Shown piece after piece: positions 31,453 through 40,524 of a stretch of DNA of 64,000 bases. Both the position numbers and the translations under genes were made by a program. The DNA comes from Gemmatimonadaceae bacterium. Lineage in GTDB: Bacteria > Gemmatimonadota > Gemmatimonadetes > Gemmatimonadales > Gemmatimonadaceae. Under the pieces are notes generated by a model that had not been told where the DNA came from, ran no database searches, and saw only the letters and a list, made by a program, of their open reading frames with translations. The first letter of the stretch is position 1. Each line of letters opens with the position of its first letter. Where the stretch lies: assembly GCA_045803545.1 (NCBI GenBank), contig JBJMOW010000005.1, positions 1,408,001-1,472,000 of the forward strand, written 5' to 3'.

Positions 31453-32349
31453 GTGATCCGATTCTTCAGGAGCGGCGTGCTGATAGCGACGCTTGGACTA
31501 CTCCTCATCCCCTCGATTGTGAAAAGTCAGCAAGCTGTTTCTCGCGGCACCGTCCCCATAGGCCATCGCGTTCCTGTGAATGGGATGCAGATGTATTACG
31601 AAGTTTCCGGCGAGGGCGAGCCGCTGATCGTGTTGCACGGCGCGTACATGAACATCCCGGCGATGGGAGCGATCATCCCCGCGCTCGCCAAAACGCATCG
31701 CGTCTACGCGCTGGAGGCCCAGGGTCATGGTCGCACCACGGATATCAACCGTCCGATCACCTACCCGAACCTTGCTGACGACGTCGCAGCGTTCATGAAC
31801 GCGGTCGGTCTGAAAAAGGCCGACGTCCTCGGATATTCGATGGGCGCCGGCACGGGCTTACAACTGGCGATCCGGCACCCCGACAAAGTGAACAAGCTCG
31901 TCGCCGCATCGGTCGCTTACGACAGTTCCGGTCTCCAGCCTGAGTTCAAAGCGATGATCCCGCAGATGACAGTGGAAATGTTCCTCCACATGCCGTTCGC
32001 CGAGCAGTATCGCAAGTTGTCGCCGACGCCTGACAGCTTCCCGGCGCTGGTGAAAAAGGTGATCGCGGCCCAGCGCGAGCCGCTGTCATGGGGCGAGGAC
32101 GTGAAGCGCGTGAAGACGCCGGTGCTGCTCATTGCGGGAGACGCCGACGGGTATACGCTCGAGCACATCGTCTCGCTTTTCCGGTTGCTCGGCGGCGGCG
32201 CAATGGGTGACATGGGCAAGCCTTTGCCGGCGTCGCGTCTTGCGATCCTACCGGGCACGTCACACACCGCTGTGATCACGCAGGTCGACGTGGTGATGCG
32301 GTTCATCGAGCCCTTCCTGAAGGGCGAAACGCCGAAGGGGTTTCAGTGA
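31453..32349 (+). CDS. Alpha/beta-fold hydrolase
   Basis: LHG, GHGRT, nucleophile motif GYSMG, PGTSH. Confidence 0.92.
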   Translation: MIRFFRSGVLIATLGLLLIPSIVKSQQAVSRGTVPIGHRVPVNGMQMYYEVSGEGEPLIVLHGAYMNIPAMGAIIPALAKTHRVYALEAQGHGRTTDINRPITYPNLADDVAAFMNAVGLKKADVLGYSMGAGTGLQLAIRHPDKVNKLVAASVAYDSSGLQPEFKAMIPQMTVEMFLHMPFAEQYRKLSPTPDSFPALVKKVIAAQREPLSWGEDVKRVKTPVLLIAGDADGYTLEHIVSLFRLLGGGAMGDMGKPLPASRLAILPGTSHTAVITQVDVVMRFIEPFLKGETPKGFQ

Positions 32350-32380
32350 GCGAGGCGATGGCTGGAAGATGCTCACGTGA

Positions 32381-35374
32381 CTAGCGGTTACTAGAATCGC
32401 TGGCGGTTACCACCGGCAATTTGGCGCCGGACAGCAGCAGTCGGGATCGTGCGTACGTCAGAGTCGGCCGAAGCTGCGGATCGCAGTCTTTCCAAAGCTC
32501 GAGAAAGCGAGCGTACGACTGTGCGGCCAATTTTGGTTTGCGGAGGCGCTCGTAGGTTTCCGCGCGCCCCAACGCAGCTTGAGCGAGAAGGATCGGACGT
32601 GAGAGAGACGCATAGGCAAGAAGCGCTTGCTCCCACTGGCCCGTGCGTACGTAAAGCGTCGCTTGCAGCACGTTCTCCGGCATATATGCGAAAAAGCCAC
32701 TACCAAGCCTCTCGATCGGTACCTCTCGCCGCATACGCTTCATGTGCTCGAGCGCCTCGGCATTGTCTCCCTTTGCCGCCGCGAGTTCCGCCCGCAGTGC
32801 GTGTGCGAGTTCCCACGTCATCGTTTTGTGGGAGGCAGCCGCGAAGTACTCAAGCGAGTCTGCCGCGAGGCGCGCAGCTTTCATGTCACCGAGTCGCACG
32901 CTCGTTAGGCCAATGAGAAAGAGGCGCGCATGCGTCGGATTGGGATACGCCGTAGAAAACCATCGTATCGCACTGGGGCTGCTCGGAAGCGGAGTTGCAC
33001 CCCAACCGCGGACCTGGTCCCGAAGGGCCGCGAGCTCCACGCTGGAAACGCGGAGATATGGTAGCGACGCTATCAGCACGCGAAGTTCACGCGCCTCTGC
33101 CGGACGGAGAGCTTCGAGGTCATCGAGATCTCGTTTCGCCGCTGTCCACTGTCCGGCTCCAGCATCAATGTACGTGAGATATAAGTAGCCGCTCGCACGA
33201 CTGTCCGGAGCGCGCGCGGAATCGGCCAGTATCAATGCGAGTTTGCGTTGCCGGGGAAAGTTCTCGGAGTATGCGAGCGCCGTCGTCGCTGCCAGAAGCA
33301 CCGTCGCTTCATCCTGCCGCCGCAGGTCGGCTACCAGCTTTGCAACTGCTGCATCATCACCGAACACCACGTCGCGAAGAACTCTCGTCTCCAACGCGCG
33401 ATCACTCCCGGCAGCAACTCGACTCAGGCGAGCGGCAAGTGTGTCAAACTCATCACGTCTATGCTCCGACGCCGAGATTCGCGACAGGTGGATGAGCGCG
33501 CTGACGTGGCCCGGCTCATAGGCCAGCACCTTCTCCCACGCGGCGCGGGATGCTTCAAATGGACGTAGCAGCGCGGAAGTGCCGTGGTATTCGACCTCGG
33601 CCAGCTGATTCCACGCCTCGACATCTTCCGGAAATCTGCTGAGCACGTGTCGGTACCGCTGTTCGGCCTCCGCCAGTCTACCATTGAGGTAATCGTCGAA
33701 GGCCTCTACGAGCTCGCGGTCGTGCTCCGATAGGCGAGCCATGTGTCGGCGTGCCGTCGCTGATGCCGCCCTCGCGCGATCGTAGTCCAACGCCCATTCT
33801 GACGCGAAGGCAAGTCTGTAGCTGCCCAACGCGAATGTGCTGTCGATGTCCGTCGACTTCTGAAATGCGCGCGCCGCTTGCGCGAACTCGCCCTTGGCGA
33901 GCGCGCGCTCGCCATCCAGAAAAAGCTTGAGCGCAGCGAGCGAATCGGTCATCACGCTACCGGCGTCCTGACGGGACATCCTCGGGCCGAGTGACGCCTC
34001 TGCGAGCAGACGACCCGTCAGCCGGTCGATAAGGACGAAGATCTGAGACTCGTCTCCTTCCACGTCCGCCACCGCCACGGCGTTACCCTTTCCCCGGACC
34101 TCGTACATAGCGGCGGAGACTCGAAGGTGGCCGTTTGCATCAACCACATCTCCGAGAACAACTCTTCCCGCACCTAGCTGGCGACTCGCCTCCCGAGCCC
34201 GGTACAAGTCCGACGAAACCAGCGAGTCGCTTCCGAACACGCGCACGATTGCGCGGGTGTCGAGACTTCGAAGGGTTCCCGCGCGGTCGAGATTTCGGCT
34301 GACCAGCTGCATGAGGGCGGTAGCCAGGTAGCTGTTCGCGGCGCTGGCGTGTACGACGAACGGGAATACGACGAGCCTGTTGGGATCGACGGCGGTCGAA
34401 TCTCCATTCGCTCGCCACAGAAAACCACGAATGCCGACTCCCGCAAGACCAAGCGTGACAGCGGCGAAGGTACTAACAAGCAACCGCCTTATGTTACGAC
34501 TCCCTACAACTGCCGGCGAAGGTGCGCGAATTGTCTCGAATGTCGATGTGGAGGCGATCGCAGCAGGATGCACGATCTGCGCAGCGCTCTCATCGGCGCC
34601 GTTGTGCAGCGAGACTTGTAGGTTACCAGCCGGTTTGGAACGCGATTCTCTAAGACTGTGGAGTTGCGAGGTGAACTCGGTGAGCTCAGGGTCGGGCTCA
34701 GTGCCGAGCTCGCCGCGCACACGACGCTCATAAACTCTCGCGTGTTGGAGCGCGCTCTCGGGCTCTCCATAAGCGGCGAGCAGTCGCGTCAGCGTCAGCG
34801 CCGTGCGCGTGCTCAGCGGATCGAGATTCGCGAGCTGCCTCGACCATGAAATAGCTGTTCGAAGGTCGCCGGCGCGTTCTGCATCCGCTGTCAATGTTTC
34901 GAGCGCGCCTTGCACGAGTTGTACGAAGCGTTGGCGCTGGTATGCGACCCACTCCTCGAATTCGGGAACTTCAGTGAGGTGAAATCCGTCGAGGAAAGGT
35001 CCCCTGTAGAGGGTGACCGCCTCGTTTCTCGCACCGCGTACTAGTGCATCCTCGAACGCGGCCACGTCGCTTCTTACGGCGCGGCCATCCAGGCGCAGCT
35101 CGGTGGTGCCAACGAAGAGCGCATGTTCCCCAAGGTCGCGACGGAGGCCGTACAGCGTTTGCCGGAGGGACGAACGTCCATCGTCCATCGTTGCTTCAGG
35201 CCACAGAAAAGAGATCAGCCTGTCGCGACTCATGCCGCGCTCACCAGCGCAGGCGAGTAGGGCTAGAACCGCCAGCGGCTTCTTCCGCGCCGCTGCTCCG
35301 CTCATCGTCCTGCCGTCACTCGCGATCGACAACCCACCGAGCATATGGATTTCGAGCAACGCGCCCCCTTTCAC
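32381..35374 (-). CDS. Membrane-anchored SARP/BTAD transcriptional regulator with TolB-N-like and TPR domains
   Basis: SRDRLISFLWPE, LYRGPFLDG, FEEWV, EPDPE; TM helix; TPRs; start taken as GTG 35374. Confidence 0.88.
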   Translation of the reverse strand: MKGGALLEIHMLGGLSIASDGRTMSGAAARKKPLAVLALLACAGERGMSRDRLISFLWPEATMDDGRSSLRQTLYGLRRDLGEHALFVGTTELRLDGRAVRSDVAAFEDALVRGARNEAVTLYRGPFLDGFHLTEVPEFEEWVAYQRQRFVQLVQGALETLTADAERAGDLRTAISWSRQLANLDPLSTRTALTLTRLLAAYGEPESALQHARVYERRVRGELGTEPDPELTEFTSQLHSLRESRSKPAGNLQVSLHNGADESAAQIVHPAAIASTSTFETIRAPSPAVVGSRNIRRLLVSTFAAVTLGLAGVGIRGFLWRANGDSTAVDPNRLVVFPFVVHASAANSYLATALMQLVSRNLDRAGTLRSLDTRAIVRVFGSDSLVSSDLYRAREASRQLGAGRVVLGDVVDANGHLRVSAAMYEVRGKGNAVAVADVEGDESQIFVLIDRLTGRLLAEASLGPRMSRQDAGSVMTDSLAALKLFLDGERALAKGEFAQAARAFQKSTDIDSTFALGSYRLAFASEWALDYDRARAASATARRHMARLSEHDRELVEAFDDYLNGRLAEAEQRYRHVLSRFPEDVEAWNQLAEVEYHGTSALLRPFEASRAAWEKVLAYEPGHVSALIHLSRISASEHRRDEFDTLAARLSRVAAGSDRALETRVLRDVVFGDDAAVAKLVADLRRQDEATVLLAATTALAYSENFPRQRKLALILADSARAPDSRASGYLYLTYIDAGAGQWTAAKRDLDDLEALRPAEARELRVLIASLPYLRVSSVELAALRDQVRGWGATPLPSSPSAIRWFSTAYPNPTHARLFLIGLTSVRLGDMKAARLAADSLEYFAAASHKTMTWELAHALRAELAAAKGDNAEALEHMKRMRREVPIERLGSGFFAYMPENVLQATLYVRTGQWEQALLAYASLSRPILLAQAALGRAETYERLRKPKLAAQSYARFLELWKDCDPQLRPTLTYARSRLLLSGAKLPVVTASDSSNR

Positions 35375-35532
35375 GGGATTCTCACGGCTTTGTGACGGCC
35401 GGCGTCGAGTATAGACCACGCGGAATTGCAACGCAATGCCGCTACGCCGACCACTCCCTCGACGACCGCCACCGAGTCGCCGACGAATCGTTTCACCTCG
35501 CTCGGCGTCCACCGTTTCCGAGGGCTAGTACT

Positions 35533-37232
35533 ATGTTGAGGTTCAACCATCGGGTTGCTAAGCTCCGCGCCCAACCAGCGGCGCGCACAGTTTTTCTGTT
35601 GCTGGCGAGCTGTCTCGGCGCCTGTACCGACTTGCAGTCGCCGACGGAATCGGCGCGGACGTTACCATTACCCTCCCGCGTCAGCGGTGATATGTCATCA
35701 GTTGTTGTCGGCGGAATCGAGGTTCGCGCGCTTTTCGCGGGGATGATTGGCGAAGCAATGCACATCAGCGGGGCGGGCCGCATCGGAGGTGTCTCATATC
35801 CCGGCCATCACGCGCGGTTTTGGGCCAACGCATCTACCGACAACATCGACATCCCGACTCTTGGCGGCCAGTACGGTACGGGAATGGGAGTGAATGACGC
35901 CGGTGCAGTCGTCGGTTATGCGTGGACCGCAGTCGAAGGCGATCGAGCATTCATCTGGACGCAGGCGTCGGGCACAGTTCGCTTGCCTGACTTAGGCGAT
36001 CGCACGCGCGCATACGCGATTAACAGTGCAGGAGTCGTTGTGGGCCAAGCGGATATGCCCGGTAGCTCAGACCACGCGTGGATGTGGACTCCGAACGTTG
36101 CCAACGGAACGCTCGGAACGCTGGTCGACCTTGGCGATCAGTGGAGCCCGGAGAGGAGCGAGGCGAACGATATTAACGATGCCGGTCTAATCGTTGGCTG
36201 GCGGGATGCAGCGACCTTCACGCCGCGCGCGGTGAAGTGGTCGGCAAGCACGGGGATTGAGCAGCTTCCCACTCTCAGCGGGTCTGGTTTGGGCTACGCG
36301 CGCGGGGTGAACAATAATGGTGATGTCGCCGGGTACAGCACCGCGGCGGATGGTACGCTACACGCGACCCTATGGAGGAATGGCGAGTCCACCCCGATCG
36401 ATCTCAATACTTATTCTCCTGGCTGCTCGGGCCAGAGTTACGCGTACGGCGTGAATGATTTGGGTTGGGTCGCTGGCCAGTGTGGAACGGTCCCGGTGGT
36501 CTGGAGTCCGACTGAAATGGTTGCGCTCCCCGCTAATCCAGCGTGGGGATCGACAAATGGCGAAGCGCGGCACATCAACAACGCTGGAGAAATCGTAGGT
36601 ACGATGGTTGGGACACCGGTGTATTGGAAAGTCTCGATCACGCAACCACAGAGTATCAGCTTTACGTCGAGTCCACCCAACCCGGCTGTAATTGGTAGCA
36701 GCTACTCTCCAAGTGCGAGCGGCGGAGCGTCAGGGAACCCCGTTGAATTCAGTTCGCTGACCGCTTCGGTTTGCGCAGTATCCGGCAGTACCGTGAGTCT
36801 CAGCAACGTTGGAACGTGCACGATTGCAGTAACCAATCGGGGAACGCCGGCTACGACGCAGCACCACAAGTAACTCAAAGCTTCTCTATCGTATTTCCAT
36901 TTGTCGGGTTCTTCTCGCCCGTCGACAACCTTCCTGTCGTCAATGTTGCACAGGCAGGATCTGCCATCCCAGTGAAGTTCAGCCTGGGAGGCAACAGAGG
37001 TTTGTCCATTCTAGCGCAGGGATCGCCGTCCTCCGCGGCCTACGCCTGCGTCAGCGCGCCTCAAGACGACATCGAACAGACGGTCGCTGCGACTACGAGT
37101 GGTCTTCAATACGACGGCACGCAGTACATCTACGTGTGGAAGACCGAGAAAGCGTGGGGCAAGACATGCCGCCAATTGGTGGTTAAGCTCACCGACGGCA
37201 CAACCCACCGCGCGAATTTCCAGTTCCGTTAA
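35533..37232 (+). pseudogene. HAF-repeat lipoprotein with Ig and PxKF domains, split by a 1-nt frameshift near 36828
   Basis: Lipobox LGAC; IN.AG.VVG repeats; GTCTIA in one frame continues as NQSGNAGYDAAPQVTQSF...AIPVKFSL in another. Confidence 0.8.
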
Positions 37233-37258
37233 ACGATTTCCGGTTCGAGAGGGAGGAT

Positions 37259-37287
37259 ACGGCGGGGCCAGAGCACGGCCTCGCCGT
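37259..37287 (+). terminator. GC-rich stem-loop after the PxKF gene (no U tract)
   Basis: acggcggggcc-agagcac-ggcctcgccgt. Confidence 0.4.
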
Positions 37288-37454
37288 CACGCTGCTGAGG
37301 GAGCGGAGACCTTCGTCGGCTTCACCCATTTCGTGTGAAGGGGGAAACGCCGAAGCAGCTTGCTTTGGAACTTGATCTGCTTCGCCCATTTTCGTGTCGG
37401 GCGGTAGCGACCGTGGCGGAATGGTTTTGGTGAGCACCAGCGCGCGCGTTCCCA

Positions 37455-37577
37455 CGGTTGCGGTCCGGTGGCTCGGTGGTGCGGGCGCTTTCGCAGGCGC
37501 AGCGAGAAGCGCTGCGCAATCGGGCTACCTCCGGTCCGTTCTATTGGGCAGGGTTCGTTCTTACGGGCGGGAGCTAG
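37455..37577 (+). pseudogene. Remnant 3' end (40 codons) of a CHAT gene
   Basis: Translates RLRSGGSVVRALSQAQREALRNRATSGPFYWAGFVLTGGS*, matching the CHAT1 C-terminus RLRAGDSVVGALSEAQRQTLRNPGTSSPFYWGGFISVGG. Confidence 0.85.
37515..37539 (+). promoter_or_regulatory. Promoter-like variant CGCAAT-N13-GTCCGT inside the CHAT remnant
   Basis: cgcaat cgggctacctccg gtccgt, 39 nt before ATG 37579. Confidence 0.45.
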
Positions 37578-37578
37578 G

Positions 37579-40326
37579 ATGATACCAATGTTTTCGCGCA
37601 GGCTTTCTCTTCGTAATCTCGGCTTCGCCATTCTCGCAGCCGTTACCGCGGGCTGCTCGCATGATACCGTGGGTCCTCCCGACCCGGGCCCGCGTCCCGG
37701 CGCCGCGTCGTCCCCAATGTATGTATCCAATTCCAGGTCGATATCGAGCGCGAACTCCGCTATTGCAGGAGTTTCCGGCTACCGCGGCGGACTCGGTTCG
37801 ATGTCGGTTGGCGCCGCCGACGCCAACGTCGCATTCATCTCGTTGCAACCGCAAACAGTTCCCGGCGGCGTCACAGCCATCGTCAGTAATGTCCGATCGG
37901 GCGCAAGCGTGACGACTTCGATGGTGGACGGAGGAATGGATCCCATTCCAGTGCCTGCAGTTGCCGGCGACAGTATAACGATCGAGGCGCAGGCCGCGTC
38001 GGGGGCGGCGCTTGTTACGCTCGGTAATTCCGTTCCTAGCCGGCGGCCGCCCAAAATCGTGCGCACCCTTCCTGGCCGCGGCAAAACGGGCGTGCCGCTT
38101 AATAAGACCATCGAAGTCGTGTTCACTGAGCCGGTCGCACAGGCTTCACTGCCGTCATCAATCCGGCTGTTCCAGGGGAACGCGGAGGTTTCCGGCACCG
38201 CCACGATTCTGCAGGGAGTTACGGCGGCAGTCGTGTTCAAACCAGCGGCTAACCTTGCAGCCAACACCGACTACGAATTGGTCGTAACCAATGGCGTTCG
38301 CGATCTCGATGGCGATGCAGCCGATTCGACCGTGAGAGTTTCATTCACCACGGGTACGTCGATCGAGGGACCGGTCGTGTCGCTGAGTATCATCCCTGAT
38401 GGTGCGAATCTCCGGGTCGGAGATCAGTTCCAGGCGGTAGTCGTCGCAAAGGATGCCGGAGGAAACGAGCTGATCGGTCATGCAATCAGGTGGTACACCG
38501 ACACTCTCACCGCTGTGGATGTGACAACCACCGGGTTGGTTACGGCGCGAGATGAAGGAGGCGAGAATGTGTTTGCCGAGGTGGACGGCTTGACAGCCTC
38601 GATCAACGTGCGCGTTTCGAACGCGCTACGGCCGGTAGCGTCAGTGATGGTTGCGTTCGATTCAGGCACCGTTGCGGCGGGCGGCACATTACAGGTAGCT
38701 GCTCTAGCCCTGGATGCAGATGGAAACCTGCTGCCGCAACGCGTCGTACACTGGTCCACCACTAATGCTGCGATCGCTACTGTAGCCGCGTTCAATCAGT
38801 CTCCACAAACCGACATCAACCGCGCGTGGTTCAAGGGGTACCCAGCGACAGCGTCCGCGATTTACTGGGCGAACGTGACTGGCGTTGCAAACGGCGTCGC
38901 TCGGATTGTCGCGACAATCGACAACCATAGCGACACGTTGGTAGTGACGGTCGGCTCCTCATTCCCGGTCGTCGGCTTTGTCGTCCCAGATACGGCTACC
39001 TTGTTGTTACGCGAGATGGCGCCGTTGATGGGCTCGAGTGTGAATTCTGCGGGTGGACGCGCAGAGATACCAGCGACGCAGATCCAGTGGGAATCCTCGA
39101 ACCCTGCTGTTGCGACGGTCGATGTAAACGGATTCGTCGTCGCCGCTGCCGCGGGTTCTGCTATCATCACCGCTCACTGGAACACTTACAGTGCGGCCAC
39201 GCGCGTCACCGTTGTCCAAGTGACATTCGAATCATTGAACGCTGGTGGTTCGTATACTTATGCTGGTGGGCATAGCTGCGGGATTGCAACGGATGGGGCC
39301 ACATACTGTTGGGGAGCCAACTGGGCTGGCCAGGTCGGACGACCGACAGTAGCTGAAAGTGATTTTCAGCCGGCGGCGCTTTTCTATCGAAAACCCGTCC
39401 CCGTTGCGCAGGGGTTTGCCTTTGTCACACTCGCCGCAGGTAGCAATTATTCATGCGGTTTGACGGCAGCGGGCGCGGCCTACTGTTGGGGGCGTAACGA
39501 TTCCGGCCAGCTCGGCTCGAATAACGCTGATGACTCGTGGCGGCCAGTGGCTGTCAGCGGTGGCTTTTCGTTTGTGGAAATCGACGCGGGCAGCGGCAAC
39601 CATACTTGTGCGCTTACGTCCTCCGGGAAGGCCTACTGCTGGGGCGTCGGGGGCCTTGGAATTACCGGCGTGATGGAGAGCCGCGTTCCGGTTGCCGTCT
39701 ATGGTGGAATCAACTTCGCAACGTTGAGCGTGGGTGGTAGCCACACCTGCGGCCTCACATCAGACGGGACCGCGTATTGTTGGGGCGATAACAACGCTGG
39801 TCAGCTTGGTGTTGGGCAGTTTGGCAATCGGATGGATACTCCAGTAGCGGTCAGCGGCGGATTGAAGTTCGCCACCATCACTACTGGTGATGCGCACACG
39901 TGTGGCGTGACGTTGAGCGGCTCACTGTACTGCTGGGGACACAACGCGTTCGACGAGTCGGGAACCGGACCGTTTTTCGATAATAGCTACGTGCCAGCAC
40001 CCGTCATCACCAATCTTAAGTTCTCGGTGGTCGGCGCCGGACCCACTCATACGTGCGCTCTCGACGTGACTGGTAACGCCTATTGCTGGGGATTCAATGA
40101 GGGTGGCCAGCTCGGTATTGGAACCGTTACAACGGAACTCTTCGAGACTCCGCAACGTGTTATCGGCGACCTCACCTTCGACAGGCTGAGTGTACGCGGC
40201 TCGCATACCTGCGCTCGTTCTACGGCGGGAGGTTGGTATTGTTGGGGAAACAACGAAACAGGCGCGCTCGGCGTCGGAAGCAGCAATTCCAGTGGCACAC
40301 CACTCAAAGTGCTAGGGCAACAATAG
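37579..40326 (+). CDS. Lipoprotein: Ig-like domains plus RCC1/BLIP-II propeller (paralog B)
   Basis: Lipobox TAGC; collinear with 19042-21771 (PGRGKTGVPLNK, ILQGVTAAVVFKP, VSNALRPVASV). Confidence 0.9.
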   Translation: MIPMFSRRLSLRNLGFAILAAVTAGCSHDTVGPPDPGPRPGAASSPMYVSNSRSISSANSAIAGVSGYRGGLGSMSVGAADANVAFISLQPQTVPGGVTAIVSNVRSGASVTTSMVDGGMDPIPVPAVAGDSITIEAQAASGAALVTLGNSVPSRRPPKIVRTLPGRGKTGVPLNKTIEVVFTEPVAQASLPSSIRLFQGNAEVSGTATILQGVTAAVVFKPAANLAANTDYELVVTNGVRDLDGDAADSTVRVSFTTGTSIEGPVVSLSIIPDGANLRVGDQFQAVVVAKDAGGNELIGHAIRWYTDTLTAVDVTTTGLVTARDEGGENVFAEVDGLTASINVRVSNALRPVASVMVAFDSGTVAAGGTLQVAALALDADGNLLPQRVVHWSTTNAAIATVAAFNQSPQTDINRAWFKGYPATASAIYWANVTGVANGVARIVATIDNHSDTLVVTVGSSFPVVGFVVPDTATLLLREMAPLMGSSVNSAGGRAEIPATQIQWESSNPAVATVDVNGFVVAAAAGSAIITAHWNTYSAATRVTVVQVTFESLNAGGSYTYAGGHSCGIATDGATYCWGANWAGQVGRPTVAESDFQPAALFYRKPVPVAQGFAFVTLAAGSNYSCGLTAAGAAYCWGRNDSGQLGSNNADDSWRPVAVSGGFSFVEIDAGSGNHTCALTSSGKAYCWGVGGLGITGVMESRVPVAVYGGINFATLSVGGSHTCGLTSDGTAYCWGDNNAGQLGVGQFGNRMDTPVAVSGGLKFATITTGDAHTCGVTLSGSLYCWGHNAFDESGTGPFFDNSYVPAPVITNLKFSVVGAGPTHTCALDVTGNAYCWGFNEGGQLGIGTVTTELFETPQRVIGDLTFDRLSVRGSHTCARSTAGGWYCWGNNETGALGVGSSNSSGTPLKVLGQQ

Positions 40327-40334
40327 CGGTTACG

Positions 40335-40358
40335 CGCAAAACAATCGCGTCAGTCCGT
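40335..40358 (+). promoter_or_regulatory. Putative ECF promoter (copy 6), just after RCC1 paralog B
   Basis: cgcaaa acaatcgcgtca gtccgt; downstream tt.tcctgtt shared with copy 3. Confidence 0.6.
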
Positions 40359-40524
40359 TTTTCCTGTTTTTATTTTGCAGTTAAGTCAGTCGGAAGACCT
40401 GTAGATAGTTTGAACTCTCCCCGACCATCCGATAGGTTGCAGCAGGTGCATTGAACTTGACTCCAACCAGGACTGAACCGCGTCTCAGGTATCCCGCGTA
40501 GAAGAGGATTGTCCGCTCGCCGGC

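Noticed and set aside
37319..37397. CRISPR array
   Set aside because: Only two short imperfect copies and no cas genes.
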